Shown: positions 1 to 17,098 of the stretch, one piece after another | Position numbering within the stretch: the first letter of the stretch is position 1 | Layout of the letters: each line of letters starts with the position of its first letter | NCBI GenBank assembly: GCA_951406725.2 | Contig: OX597837.1 | Location: forward strand, 5,456,001 to 5,520,000 | Direction of reading: 5' to 3' | Length of the DNA: 64,000 bases | Origin: Octopus vulgaris | Taxonomy: Eukaryota | Notes under the pieces: model-generated | What the model was told of the DNA's origin: nothing | What the model saw: only the letters and a program-made list of their open reading frames with translations | Databases searched by the model: none | Made by a program: the position numbers and the translations under genes

Positions 1-459
1 TTTTGTTTCAACATATGTGTACACAGCAGTACAGATGTTTTTAAACTAATTCTTTCGTCTTGGTTATTTGTTAATATCGTGTCAAATCTGTCTATTTTCT
101 TTCTGAAGGAGAGAAGTGTAGTCTGCATATCGCACCAACATTTTGTTGTGAATGGATGCACGTTCCATCAAAAGTGCTTGAAATATCTTTTTTCGGTCAA
201 ACTTGGTAAAAAAAAAAAGCAGCCTCAAAAGATCGTTCAAATATATTTCTCACCTTCCTTTGTTATATATGGTTCTACGCCATTCGAAAACTATGGTGAA
301 AAAGAAAACAGACAAAAAGACAAAAATAAAACGAAAGAAAACAAATCAGTTTTTGGAAAAAAATAATCCACACACGGGAGCAATGAATAACACGTTTCGG
401 AAAGACAAGGAACAACAACATCAACAACAAAAGTAACAACGAGGGTGACATAAGCGTCA

Positions 460-2700
<2,241 letters not shown>

Positions 2701-2904
2701 CTACTAGGCCTGAAATTATAATAACAGTACTAATACCAAAATTTAACATCAGGAAATTAGTAACAACTGTAAGGAGATCAGTAGCAGCAGCTACATGTAG
2801 TATTGCAACAGCAAATTTATGAGCCAAATACTGAAATACTATTAACAGTAACAACAACAATAGCATTAATAACCGTTAGAGGAAGGTTAGAAACAAGAAA
2901 GAAC

Positions 2905-3130
2905 TGTGAGCTGGCAGAAACGTTAACACGCCGGGCGAAATGCTCAGCGGAATTTCGACTGCCGCTAGGTTCTGAGTTCAGATTCCGCCGAGGTCGACTT
3001 TGCCTTTCATCCTTTCGCGGTCGATGAATTAAGTACCTGTTACGTACTGGGGTCGATGTAATCGGCTTAACCCATTTGTGTGTCCTTGTTTGTCCCCTTT
3101 ATGTTTACCCCCTTGTGGGCAATAAAGAAA
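2905..3130 (+). mobile_element. SINE, local family B (gagctggcagaaacgtt...ttgtgggcaataaagaaa)
   Basis: Matches copies at 37696 and 59315. Flanked by an 18-bp target-site duplication with one mismatch: ttagaaacaagaaagaac (2887-2904) and ttagaaacaaggaagaac (3131-3148). Confidence 0.9.
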
Positions 3131-3218
3131 TTAGAAACAAGGAAGAACAGAACGAAATATATGGAATTGTCGTCTTTCTTAGAATTAGATATTAACGGAT
3201 TAAAGATTAGCGGATTAA

Positions 3219-3440
3219 AGGACTGTGAATTGGCTGAAGCCGTAGAGTTGCGGAAATAATCACCTGTGTCGTGTTAGTTGCCTACATTTAAGTTTGGGAT
3301 TCAAATCACGCCGGAATCGACTTTTGATTTCAATCTTACTAAGTCTATAAAATAGGATACCAGTTATATAATAGAATCGATCTCAGCTGTTTGTTTACTC
3401 CAACCATGCGTATGGCTTTGTGGCTATGCGACAATCATTA
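3219..3440 (+). mobile_element. Old, degenerate family B SINE copy
   Basis: Patchy similarity to 2905-3130 (gtgaattggc, ttcaaatcacgccggaatcgactttt, aaataggataccagtta). Confidence 0.55.
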
Positions 3441-4489
3441 TCAATAGACTTAGTTGTAGCTTATTTGCATAATCAGTACAGCAACGAATAAAATGTATTG
3501 TGCTTTAAGTTACGGTTTTCATTTAAGCCAAGCAGAGAAAAGAGCTTGTATCGACGTTCATAAATATAAATAGAGGATATTCACAGGTTTGTGTGGCTTT
3601 ATGTTCCAAGGAAGTTGTAATTATTCAGAAATAGACAAAAATAAGAAAAACAACAGCAGATATGAAACTAGGCAAACAACAAGTAAACGGCAAAAACAAC
3701 AAGGATAGCTTTAAATCCGGTCAAGGAGAGAATCTCATTATGATTTCTTAACCTGGTGAAAAAAAAACCCCGGCTAAATCGTCAGAGCACATTAATTACT
3801 ATTCTCCATTGTTGAAGAGACGATTTAATTCGAAAATATTTCAAAGTCATTTCAATACACAAATGAACAGCTATATTGGTGAGTTTCGAACGTTTCCGTT
3901 GTGCAAGAGTTGCAGGGACAAAAATTTCTGGCCCAGACTTCAGGAATCCCTTTTCTTTTCTTTTCTTTTTTTCAGTAAAATAAATGAACATATCATACGT
4001 TACTATGATAAATGTATACATACATTACTATATTAAAACACGTATTGTATTTATACGTTCTCCTGAGCAAACATATTCTGTGATATCGATCGCTATAATA
4101 TATTCTTATATGCGGTTATAAAAGAATATTTCAAGACCGTTTCTTTACATAACTCAAGATTTCTATCATATTTAGTATTTTCCACATTGTATCGAACTAT
4201 CCCATATTTTACACAATTACATATTTAATAGTGTTTCGTATCTGCACTTTTCAAATAATCCGACACATAATATACTTTTGTTGTGTACGCAATGTTGTAT
4301 CAAACTTTTTCAGTAATATTTCAAAGAATAGCCAAGATGAGAGGACTGCAAAGAAAAAAAAATGTATTTATGAATCTGTTCAATTTAAATATTCTGAAGA
4401 CTTTACAAAAGTTCTATTAAGCAATTCTGAACATGAGTATTTATACTTTTGCACAAACATGTATATGTATACATGTATACACTCGCACA

Positions 4490-4552
<63 letters not shown>

Positions 4553-5000
4553 ATATATATATACATATATATATGTATGTATATATATATACATATATAT
4601 ATGTATATATATATGTACGTATGTATATATATGTATGTATATATATATACATATATATATATGTATATATATATATGTACATATATATATGTATATATAT
4701 ATATATGGATAAATATATATATAAACAAAAAGAAAAGACGATATATATATATATATACATATATGTATATCTATATAAGTATATATAAATGTGCGTATAT
4801 ACATACATATATATATACACACACATACATATATATTGTTTATATAATGCACCTGAATATATGTATGCGTTTGTAATATATAATTATATTTATACATCTC
4901 TTTCTCTCCACACACATATATATATATATATACACACATACATTCATGTATACATAAATGCATATATTTCTAAGATTTTGCCACAGTTCGCGTATTAGTC

Positions 5001-5142
5001 AATACTAAAATAGGGCAGCTGATATCCAATGAACACATACACATACACACACACACACAACACACAACTATCTGCATGTGTGTGTGTGTGCGTGTGTGCG
5101 TGTATTCGTTGGATATCAGCTGCCCCCATTCTTTAAGATATT
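5001..5142. repeat. Small fold-back (inverted-repeat) element with a CA/TG core
   Basis: gggcagctgatatccaa (5013-5029) is the exact reverse complement of ttggatatcagctgccc (5109-5125); (CA)n and (TG)n tracts extend the pairing inward. Confidence 0.85.
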
Positions 5143-5671
5143 ACGTATATTCTTATTTAGGCAATCGACTTTGTTCAATTTCCATCTCACCTGCTTCTCC
5201 TACAGTTTGCAATTACACAATTTTGTGATTGGTGTTGATTCTTTTTCACCACAGACACCACCACCACCACAACCACCACCACCACCACCACCACCACCAC
5301 CACTACTACTACTACTACTAAATATTAGTATTAGTAGTAGCAGTCGTAGAAGCAGCAGCAGTTGCAGTAGTACTAATAGTAGTAGTAATAGTAGTAGTAA
5401 TAGTCGTCGTCGTAGTAGTAATAGTAGTAGTAGCAGCAGCAGGAGCAGCAGTAGTGGCAGCAGGAGTAAATCGATTTTATATGTCAATTTCACAGAACAT
5501 TTCGCTTTATATAATTCTATGAAAGATTATGCGTGCGATTACGTATACACATAACTACACACGCACGCACACACACACAGACACATACACAAACACACAG
5601 GATCTACATACTCACACCCACATGTATTCACACAGATGCACACACAAAGACATACACATGCGCATATTTAT

Positions 5672-5706
<35 letters not shown>

Positions 5707-6039
5707 CGTATATACATACACATACGAGGTTATTCTTAATTAATATACTTGCAACGTACGTACACACACATCGGCGTACACACACACACATATACATATA
5801 CATATACTCACACACGTGCACTCACACACTCGAAAACAAAAGTGCACCTCCCCCTCTCTCTCTTTCTCTCTCTCTCTCCCTCCCCTCTCTCTCTATATAT
5901 ATATAGATGCACACACGTATGTAAAAATTGGTTTAAAAATTAATTACTTTTACCCTCAGCAGGTGTTACAATTATTTGCCTCTAACCTGTTTACGCAATT
6001 TTGATTTGCTTTTTACGTTTTGGTTCCCCAATATTACCC

Positions 6040-6265
6040 ATCATATCGTCATCATCATCGTCATCATCGTCGCTCATCAATAGCATCGTCATTATCATCG
6101 TTGTTATTATTGCTGCTGTTGTTGTTGCTCTTCTTCTTCTTTTTCTTTTTCTTTTTCTTCTTCTTCCTCTTCTTCTCCTTATTCTTCTCCTTCCTCTCCT
6201 TCTTCTTCTTCTTCTTCTTCTTCTTCTTCATCTCCTCCTCCTTCATTATTACGACCACCACCACC

Positions 6266-6299
<34 letters not shown>

Positions 6300-6358
6300 T
6301 CTTCATCAACTGCTTCTTTTTCTTCTTCTCCTTCTCATAATTCTTATTGTTGTTGTTG

Positions 6359-6426
<68 letters not shown>

Positions 6427-6690
6427 TGTAGTAGTAGTAGTAATAGTATCAGAGCTCATTACTAATGTGAATATCTATGGTAAAATTGACACCTTCAATA
6501 AAATAATTTTTAGCGCAATTTTCCGTCACCAAGGCCACCACCAACTCCAGCATTACCGCCCCCGCCGCCACCATCACCATCATTAACGCCGCGTCGTCGT
6601 CGTCGTCGTAGATATCGTCACCGTCCGTCATCATACATCTCGCTCTCACTCTTCTTCCACCTCCTCATCATTAGCATCATGATCGACGTT
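6040..6690. repeat. Compound trinucleotide microsatellite (CAT, CTT, CCA, TTG, ATT)
   Basis: Direct inspection of the sequence. Confidence 0.93.
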
Positions 6691-6781
6691 GTCATCAGAT
6701 TCGCAGGGTGTGCCTCTAAATGATTGTGTCTGTGTGAGTAGAGGATCAGAAGTACCTCTTCTGTGTATATCTCATTTCTCA

Positions 6782-6855
<74 letters not shown>

Positions 6856-6861
6856 ATATAT

Positions 6862-7366
<505 letters not shown>

Positions 7367-7401
7367 CATATACATATATATATATATATACATATATATA
7401 C

Positions 7402-7457
<56 letters not shown>

Positions 7458-7506
7458 ATATATACATATATATATATACATATATACATATATATACATA
7501 TATATA

Positions 7507-7668
<162 letters not shown>

Positions 7669-7669
7669 A

Positions 7670-9471
7670 TAATAAATATTAGGGAATAAATCCAAATTTA
7701 CAGGGAAAAATCAGATTTAGGATTGAATCCAATTTTATAGTAAAATATTATATAATATTAATTAGAGACAAAACCACTATTTTGCAAATCAAACAAGGAA
7801 AGACTTAATCAATACATAAAAAGGTGTGGGAAATAGTTTATAGGGTGGGGTATTGCTATATAGGTGTTTGTGTATGTAAGCATTTAGATTTGTTTATTTA
7901 CATTAATTTATTAATTTATTATAATATAATATTAATTTATGGATTTGGGTATAACTTATTATGGGTTGATTGGATGAATGGGAGCTACTGGGTGTTTATG
8001 GATGGTTGTTCCCTATATAATGTGAATGTTTCCAATCCCCTTGTATTATATTTGGAATGGTGATCATGGCAGTTTTATTTATTTGAGTATTGTTTGAAGC
8101 AATATACGTTTATATAGATATTTAGGAGGGTGTCCGTGTATATGTATGTATGGGTGTGTATGCATGTGTGCGCGTGTACAAGTGTAAGTGTAGATGCGGG
8201 AGTGCATGAGTGCTATGTAATTGAGTGTGATTGTTTATGCACTTGTATACATGCATGTTTGAATGTGCGTGATATTGCACCCGTTTGCGTGTACACACTC
8301 ATATATACATATAATAAATATTCATTTATTTATTTTTTTGTGAATGTGTGTATTTTTATATATATATGTGTATTTGATGATATGTGTGAGTGTATAAATA
8401 TATATATATATATATATTTATGGATGTATATATATTTATTTATTCATCTATATGGGTGTGGGTGTGAATATATTGGTGTATATATCGAGTTTTGTACGTA
8501 TGTATATGTATGTGTGAGTGGGTATATGTATATGTTGTGGTTGTGTGTTATACGTGTGTGTATTTGTATGTGAATGTATAGATTAGGGGATTGCTATATA
8601 GGTATGTTATTGTGTTTGGTTAAAGGGAGGTTTTATCATTATATGTATATATGGGTTTCGTTTATCATGATTGTTTTATTAAAGAATTTTATAGTAAATT
8701 TTGTCTAATTACGTTTATTAACATATTATTCCATTCTATTCCATTCTATTCCATTCATAATTTTTAAATAACGTTCGTTCATAACGCGCAGAATGAAATG
8801 TTTATATTGTTGTGGTTGAGTATATGCGGATGCTGGTTCTGTGGTTGTCATGCAGAGTGAGTGTGTTTATGAATGAGGGTTGTATGTGTGTGTGAGGGAG
8901 TATGAATAAGTAATGTGTTGAAGTATTTGGCTATTTTATTAATTTATCGTTGCCTAGATGTTTATGTGTATGTATAGAGATATATATGGGCGTGTGAGTT
9001 AGTGTATGTATTTAGATATGTTTATATATACTTAGATATATGTGTATGAGTATGTGTGTATATATAGTTTATTTTTATTTTTGTTTTTTGTTTTTTGTTT
9101 TTTTAAATTAGATTCTTCATCTTTAAATATGAGAACTTTAATAATAGGTTTCTTTATATTCAATTGTTTATAGAGGTTATTTTAGTTCTTGATTATATTA
9201 TATATAGATTATATATAGATTATATATAGATTATATATTTTTATATTTTTTCATTGATAAATTTATATTATTTATAGTTTTAGCCATTTTAAATTTATTT
9301 ATTTTTAAAAATATTGATATTTTTAGATACGAAATCCACCTGATGAATGTCATTTGAAGACAGGAAACAATTGTAGTGGCGATTTATTTACTTTATATTA
9401 AAATTTTTTTATGTATTGATTAAGTCTTTCCTTGTTTGATTTGCAAAATAGTGGTTTTGTCTCTAATTAAT

Positions 9472-9473
<2 letters not shown>
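7670..9473 (+). mobile_element. Penelope-like non-autonomous insertion with an inverted terminal pLTR segment
   Basis: 7756-7822 is the reverse complement of about 9405-9472. A canonical hammerhead lies at 9336-9379, and long (TA)n tracts flank both ends. Confidence 0.7.
9336..9379 (+). ncRNA. Minimal type-I hammerhead ribozyme, canonical core
   Basis: CCAC CUGAUGA A UGUC-AUUUGAA-GACA G GAAA CAAUUG UA GUGG. Stem I CCAC/GUGG, palindromic stem III ACAAUUGU, GUA cleavage triplet. Confidence 0.85.
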
Positions 9474-9531
<58 letters not shown>

Positions 9532-9550
9532 TATATACATATATATATAC

Positions 9551-9667
<117 letters not shown>

Positions 9668-9682
9668 CATCTAAATATATAT

Positions 9683-9840
9683 AGGCGCAGGAGTGGCTAT
9701 GTGGAAAGAAGCTTGCTTCCCAGCAACATGGTTCTGGGCTCAGTTCTAGTGCGTGGAACCTTGGGCAAGTATATTATAGTATAGCTTCGAGGCGACCAAA
9801 GCCCTGTGAATGTATTTAGTAGAGGAAATTGAAAGAAGTG
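9683..9840 (+). mobile_element. tRNA-derived SINE family A, 5' module only
   Basis: aggcgcaggagtggctatgtgg...ccttgggcaagt...gaccaaagccctgtg matches copies at 18514, 38074 and 40491. Confidence 0.85.
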
Positions 9841-10304
9841 CTGACTCGTCAACTCTTATTAAATCTTTGGCCTTTAGGGGTTTATTTTTTTATATATGCA
9901 TGTAACACACATAACTCAGCACACAACACGGACCATAAATACCGCAGCGTGGGATCGAAAAAAACAAACAAAAAACGCACAACCCTGCCTGTTATCACGC
10001 ACTGCTCTTTTAAACATTAAATAGTATTGACGTGAAACCAAATTGGACGGGAGACATTTTCGTAAAATTAAAATAAATGAGATAAATGTGAGGAAAAAAA
10101 TTGTTGAAATTACTAATAAAAGTTAATTAATCACAAAATGACATTTGTTTCTTTTTCTCCTTCACTCTTTTGCTGACTCTTCTTCCTTCTACTCACTCTC
10201 TGTTCTCTCTTTCTCATCCTCTTCTCACTCCCAATCTACTCATCGATCAGTCTCTCTTTCTCTGTCTTCCTTTCTCTCTTCCTCTTCTTTCTGCCTCTTT
10301 GTAC

Positions 10305-10399
<95 letters not shown>

Positions 10400-10619
10400 G
10401 TCAATCTCTCATCAACTTCTTCAAGTACCACTTGAAAAGGAAAGTGAGAGTAGAGAGGCAAGTTTTGTCTAGCGAATGTTTTAAAAAAAGATGGGTGAAT
10501 GTAGCAAGAATGGCACGTATGAATGACGAAGCCACCTTGAGCATAGTCCTATGAACCCAGAAATCGAAAACAGAGAGTTGCTTATTTGCAAAAAAAAAAA
10601 AAAAAAGAAATATAAAATG

Positions 10620-10932
10620 TGACTTCATTGACCGAGGTTACCGTGGTCTTTTCCGTAGGCTTTTCTTTCCACGGGTAAACCTCACCTGTCCTCCCCTTTT
10701 ACACTTCATATTGACATTTCTGTGATAACGATCCCTATTGATCAATTTTTTTTCCTCTCCCCCTTTTTTTAACCCCCTTTTTTTTGTCCTCTTTCTCTCC
10801 TTTTACGATCCCTTTTGATCGAAACTCCCCTTCCTTTTTTTTTTTTTTTTTTTTTTTAAACCTTCAAAAGAAAAGCTCTACCTTGTAATTTGTTCTATCT
10901 GTGTGCAGCCCTGTGTGGCTAATAAAGAAACA

Positions 10933-10934
<2 letters not shown>
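10620..10934 (+). repeat. Probable retroelement 3' fragment ending ctgtgtggctaataaagaaa, followed by (TATC)n
   Basis: The 3' end resembles the family B SINE terminus; gatccc...tgatc is duplicated internally. Family not identified. Confidence 0.4.
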
Positions 10935-10977
<43 letters not shown>

Positions 10978-10978
10978 G

Positions 10979-11064
<86 letters not shown>

Positions 11065-11667
11065 CGTCTATATAAATATCTCTCTCTCTGTTTTAATCTC
11101 TCTCAATATATCTCCTCCCCCCTCTCTGTCTATCTATTTAACTATCCCTCTCTGTCTGTCTCTGTCTACCTATCTTGTTATCTATGTATTTCCCTACCCC
11201 TCTCTCTATCTCTATCTATTTATCTAGGTCTCACACACTCTCTCTCTATATCTCCTTCTATCCCCCTCTCTTTCTCAATCTCTCTCTCTGTTTGTGGCAT
11301 TTTATATCTGTCCTCTCTCTGCTTTTATACATCTTTCGCCGTCTCATGCTTTATCTCACCAACTAGCACTCTGAGTCTCTCAAGCTGTCTGTCTGTGTGT
11401 CAGTCTGCCAGTCTGTCTGTCTGTGTGTCAGTCTGCCAGTCCGTCTGTCTGTGAGTCGTACTTTCCAGCACTGCTCTCCACACAACGAAGCACTCGGATT
11501 AACCTATAAATTAAGAATTATGAATTTAAAATGTTTATAAATTAAAAGTGCAGGTCAACGACAGAATTGGCTCCTGAAGAAAAGGTATAGCATCTACATA
11601 CATGCGCAATATATATATATATATGCATGTTTGTATGCATGTATACATATATACATATATATGTATG

Positions 11668-11724
<57 letters not shown>

Positions 11725-11979
11725 CTCTCTCTATATATATATAGAGAGAGAGAGAGAGATAGATAGATATAAGTGCATGTGTATTTTTTCAATGTGTACA
11801 AATAACAGTGAAAAAACAAAACAAATAAATAGTTATCAGATTAGCAAAAATTCACTGTGCCAAGGATTTTACAGCCTACTTATAAAGATAGGAGTTCCAG
11901 GGTTTCATGAAATGCTTTTGGTTAGCATAGATAAAGTAAGAAATGGAGTTAAACGCAGGTGCTATTCAAATCTTTATAC

Positions 11980-12065
11980 TTCCGACATATGTTTCGAAGA
12001 AAATATTGGTATTGTTCCTGAGTGAATAAAATGATGTAAAACAATGTAATCATCTCATCAGGGAA
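11980..12065 (-). ncRNA. Type-I hammerhead ribozyme with a large stem-II loop
   Basis: Minus strand reads UUCC CUGAUGA GAUGA...UCUUC GAAA CAUAUG UC GGAA. Palindromic stem III ACAUAUGU, GUC cleavage site. Confidence 0.8.
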
Positions 12066-12147
12066 AAAAACAGAAGCAAAACACATCAATAAGCCATTTT
12101 AACCGGTTAAAATGTCTTATTGGTGTGTTTTATTTCTGTTTTCTTTT

Positions 12148-12232
12148 TTGCCTGAGGAGAAGATCGCATTGTTTTACATCATTATATTTCCTCAGGAATA
12201 ATACCAGTTTTCTTCGAAACATTTGTCGGGAA
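12148..12232 (+). ncRNA. Type-I hammerhead ribozyme, mirror copy
   Basis: UUGC CUGAGGA GAAGA...UCUUC GAAA CAUUUG UC GGGAA. Confidence 0.7.
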
Positions 12233-12366
12233 TATAAAAATTTGAATAACACCTGCGTTTAACTCCATTTCTTAATTTATCTATATGTATGTATATATGT
12301 TGTGTGTGTGTGTGTGTGTATAAGTATATGTACAATATATACGATGTACTTATAGATTATGTCCCA

Positions 12367-12567
12367 CGGGGTGTTCATAAATTGTGTTTACATTTTGAAA
12401 CATTCAGAACAATAAGGATAAGCTGGCAAAATTTATTGGATGACACAGGAAACAAAATAAATTTTATTAGAAATACCAGCAGACTTCTACGTGAGCTCAA
12501 TTGATTGCACGCGACCCATGATACAACAGACCATGCGAGTTGTAAAGATAATTTTGCGGACACCCTG
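12367..12567. mobile_element. Tc1/mariner-type MITE, about 200 bp
   Basis: Imperfect TIRs cggggtgttcataaattgtgtttaca and tgtaaagataattttgcggacaccctg, followed by TA. Confidence 0.7.
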
Positions 12568-12671
12568 TATTGTGTTCATTTTTCATTTACATATACAATT
12601 TTTACAGTATTTTTTATTCATTATTCACATACACGCACATAATTGCATAGATCTATAGATGAAAGAAAAGC

Positions 12672-12719
<48 letters not shown>

Positions 12720-12917
12720 AAAGACCTTCTTCACTCACACACTTATATGTATATACACCTACATTTTATTTTATGCTTATTCTATGCTTTCAATATGGTA
12801 CACACGAAATGTTCTGAAATTCTCCAAATATTTGTATATAATTCAGTGCATGTGTGTGTGTGTTTATATATAAATATATATATATATATATATACACATA
12901 CATGTATATATATATGT

Positions 12918-12953
<36 letters not shown>

Positions 12954-13137
12954 AATGTATGTATATACATATATATGTGTGTGTAGATGCATACAAATAT
13001 ATATAATATATGCACACGTATATATGTATATATACATATCTATTCTATTTATCTATCTATCTTTCTCTCTCTATGTATGTCTGTATCTATCTATCTATCT
13101 ATCTCTCTATCTACCTGTCTGTCTGTCTGTCTCTCTC

Positions 13138-13177
<40 letters not shown>

Positions 13178-13365
13178 CATACAAATGCTTGTTTGTACAT
13201 ACACACATGCATACATACCCATTCATACACGCCTACAAATACACACACCGACACTCATACACACACATATATATATGAGGGCGAGTGTATCTATATGCCT
13301 TGATATGTGTATGTGTGTGTTATATGTATACATCTCATTATCTGATTACCCATGCATCTCTTTAT

Positions 13366-13445
<80 letters not shown>

Positions 13446-13526
13446 GTCTGTGTATATAAATATGTACATGTACATATATATAAACATGAATATATATATA
13501 TATGTATATGTATATATAAATATATG

Positions 13527-13585
<59 letters not shown>

Positions 13586-14022
13586 GTGCATATGTATATA
13601 TGGATGGATGCATATATCTATATATTCATTTTATTCATAAATATGTGTTTAACCGTCTTCACACATTCACTATACATCTGTCTATTCGTCTGTCTCTGTT
13701 TCTGTCTGTGAAATATCTACTCATACTTATCCGCCATTTTTGTATACTCAACGCTTCATGACCACACATATGCAAACACACACGCGAATACACATCCAAA
13801 GGAAAACACAAACATACACACCCTTACACATATATGGACACGTACACACATACGTACACTCACACACGTACATATGTATATATATATATATATTTTTACA
13901 TATAAACATCGACATATTTACATTTGATATATTTATATATATAAACACACAGAATCTCACTCTTCTTATGCACAAGCATTCACACACTCACACACACACA
14001 TACACACACACACACGCACACA

Positions 14023-14063
<41 letters not shown>

Positions 14064-14283
14064 ATATGTAAATATATGATATCATTAATGCTTACAGGTT
14101 ACAAAACTGTTTCATTCCCAATGGAATTTTTCAAAGCGTTGAGATGATGGAAGATATTCTCTATAAATAGGGAACTGTACGGAATGAGATGATTTAATTT
14201 AATCAGCCACTTTGGTCTTTTCATCTTATCTAGCTTCGTCTCACCGTCTCACTGTGTTACCCTTTGGTGTCCATATTTATACA

Positions 14284-14382
<99 letters not shown>

Positions 14383-14411
14383 GTATGTATACATATGAAT
14401 AAATAAATACC

Positions 14412-14448
<37 letters not shown>

Positions 14449-14487
14449 CATTACATATATATTTATACACGCATGCACATATATATG

Positions 14488-14530
<43 letters not shown>

Positions 14531-14599
14531 CAAATATATAATTTATAAATATATACGTATATACTATATATACATATATATAAACATACATACATACGT

Positions 14600-14654
<55 letters not shown>

Positions 14655-14671
14655 TGTATGTTTATATATAT

Positions 14672-14727
<56 letters not shown>

Positions 14728-14980
14728 AGGGGTGTGGTGAACCCTGCCGTAGTCTTTCACCACTACTTTCTCTCACTCTTCCTTCATGTTTCTGTTGTAC
14801 CTGTATTTCAAAGAACCGCCATAGTCACACGTTTTGTCAGCATGAATCTCCCCGAGAGGTACGTTAAGTGTAAACTTGTCTGTGAAGTGCACAGCCATTC
14901 GCACGTTAATTTCACGAGCAGGCTATTCTGCTGATCGGATCAACTGGAACCCTCGTCGTCGTAACCGACGAAGTGTCACA
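14728..14980 (+). mobile_element. SINE-like repeat, local family C (3' part)
   Basis: The end cacgttaatttcacgagcaggct...cgtaaccgacgaagtg recurs at 60535-60620; the middle recurs inverted at about 60765-60875; ctttctctcactcttcc is shared with the SINE at 57379. Confidence 0.65.
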
Positions 14981-15214
14981 AGGGATACACACTCACACAC
15001 ACACACACATACGCACATGCACACAGAAGGAGACAGAGATGCATACATATACAAACACACGCTCACACACGCACATACATAGAAAATATACAAACACGGA
15101 CATGCAAACACATGAATATACAGGATACATACATGCAGAAGCACACACACACACACATATATGCATAGATACAGATGCATACATACACAGATACATACGT
15201 ACATGCATGCATAG

Positions 15215-15256
<42 letters not shown>

Positions 15257-15284
15257 ACCCACACACATGCACACAAACAAACAA

Positions 15285-15695
15285 AAAGGAACGCAGTGTA
15301 AATAACGGACAGAGTCAAGACTATTGAAAAGGTTGCAAGACGCAATGAAAATTTTAGGAAAATAAAAATAAGTAATGAGTGGAAATTTTACCGGTGCGTG
15401 TGTTAAATCATAAGGCACAAAAAGAAAATGACTCTCCCCAGACACAACAGTATATATATTTATGTTACATACAAATTAAGAGGAATGATTGCCAAAGTGG
15501 ACTCCTGATATGCCACATTGGTGGCCAATCCTCTTAATTTGTATGTAACATAATTTTTAATCTTCGGATTTTTTAAATATGCTAAGCCATTGGTTTTAAT
15601 TGGTTAATATCAATTTCTTCCCTCAGTATTTAATTTATACACACACACACACGAACTCACATAAAGAATCTTGCAAACCAAATCCCAAAACGAAA
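15285..15695. repeat. Composite repeat with an internal hairpin at 15460-15553
   Basis: Perfect 25-bp inverted repeat at 15460-15484 and 15529-15553. 15378-15452 is the reverse complement of 44592-44665; 15647-15690 matches 44682-44722. Confidence 0.7.
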
Positions 15696-15700
15696 TACAT

Positions 15701-15744
<44 letters not shown>

Positions 15745-15746
<2 letters not shown>

Positions 15747-15955
15747 TCCTTTCTGCTATACGCATAAGGTTTGACAGTGTTGGGGCTGAAGTGTGCTAGT
15801 CACTTGTATGGATTACAGTACTTCATAAGAACGTCATTTTATCGATCCCGAAAATGACTAAAAGCATAGTTGATCTCAGAACGTAAGGAATCAAAAGAAA
15901 TACAGCTAAGCACTTTGTTCGACGCGTTAACGCTTCTGCCAGCCCACAGCCCTTC
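15745..15955 (-). mobile_element. Degenerate family B-related SINE
   Basis: ttttatcgatcccgaaaatg and ctaagcactttgttcgacgcgttaacgcttctgccagc match the reverse complement of family B. Confidence 0.6.
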
Positions 15956-16069
15956 AAACACCTTTACTCTTGTGTAACTCAATTATATTACAACCCTATT
16001 AATTCACCTGAAAACCTAATTAAATATTTACGCTAATTTAATATTGGTTCCAGTTTGTGAAACTTACAA

Positions 16070-16420
16070 GCATTGTGGCTTTACAGTAAAAAGTTTGTGT
16101 TCCAGCCAAGTGGTTACGAATTCAGTCTCACTGCGTGGAACCATGAGCAAGTATCTTCGACCAAATCCTTGTGAGTGGATTTGATAAATTGAGAGAAATC
16201 CGTCGTGTCTGTATATATCTATGTTATGCGCATGCGCCGTTGTCTTGGTGTTCATCCGTCACCACCACCTGACAAACGGTTTAGGTCTGCTTACGTCTCT
16301 GTAACTTAGCAGTTTAGCATAAAAAACTGAGAAAATAAGTAAGAGTCTTAGAAAAACTATTGAGGTCGGTTTGTTCGAGTAAAACCGTTCAGGGAGCTGC
16401 CACTGTAATGGCCCCACTTA
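16070..16420 (+). mobile_element. Degenerate SINE family A
   Basis: ttcagtctcactgcgtggaacc, ccttgtgagtggatttg, gtaacttagcagtttagca. Confidence 0.7.
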
Positions 16421-16953
16421 ACAGCTTGCAAAATCTCTTCATAAACTTTCACTTTAGTCCGCCAATTTGTTAACTTTACGACAACCAAAAATAACAGGTC
16501 TTTAATTTTAAAATATAGTTTACAAAAGCATGAATTTTAATCTTTCATCTCCCCAAAAAAACAACAAAAAAAAAAAGAAAAAAAAAGGAAAACCTATTTG
16601 AAAAATGATTTCTATCAATCTTCTTATGCAGCTCCTGTCTACTCATCTATACAGACATACATCACTCTTCTCTCACTCTCTTTCCTCTATGTCTCTCTCT
16701 CTCCACACTCACCTTTTTATATTTAGAGAAATTTACTATTCAGCATTTCAAAGGTGTGTAAAATTCCATTGGGGATGGAACGGTTTGTTGCCTGTAAGCA
16801 TTCATTGCAAATAGAAAAAAAAAATGTACCAAATTACCATATTTTAATTTCATACGAACACATACTCGTTTACACACATACACACATATACATACATACA
16901 CATACACAGAAACATACATTAATTCATATATATATATATATGTATATATATGC

Positions 16954-16985
<32 letters not shown>

Positions 16986-17059
16986 GCATTCATAAATACA
17001 TATATATATATACATATACACACACACATACATATATTCATACATATATGCATACATAC

Positions 17060-17098
<39 letters not shown>

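Larger units (their letters stand above)
11927..12284. mobile_element. About 360-bp near-perfect palindrome of two pLTR-like arms, each with a hammerhead
   Basis: Centred on ttttaaccggttaaaa (axis 12104/12105). Arms such as aagaaatggagttaaacgcaggtg and cacctgcgtttaactccatttctt are reverse complements. Confidence 0.9.

Noticed and set aside
79-436. Short K-rich ORFs at the window start
   Set aside because: Non-ATG starts, A-rich low complexity and no recognisable homology.
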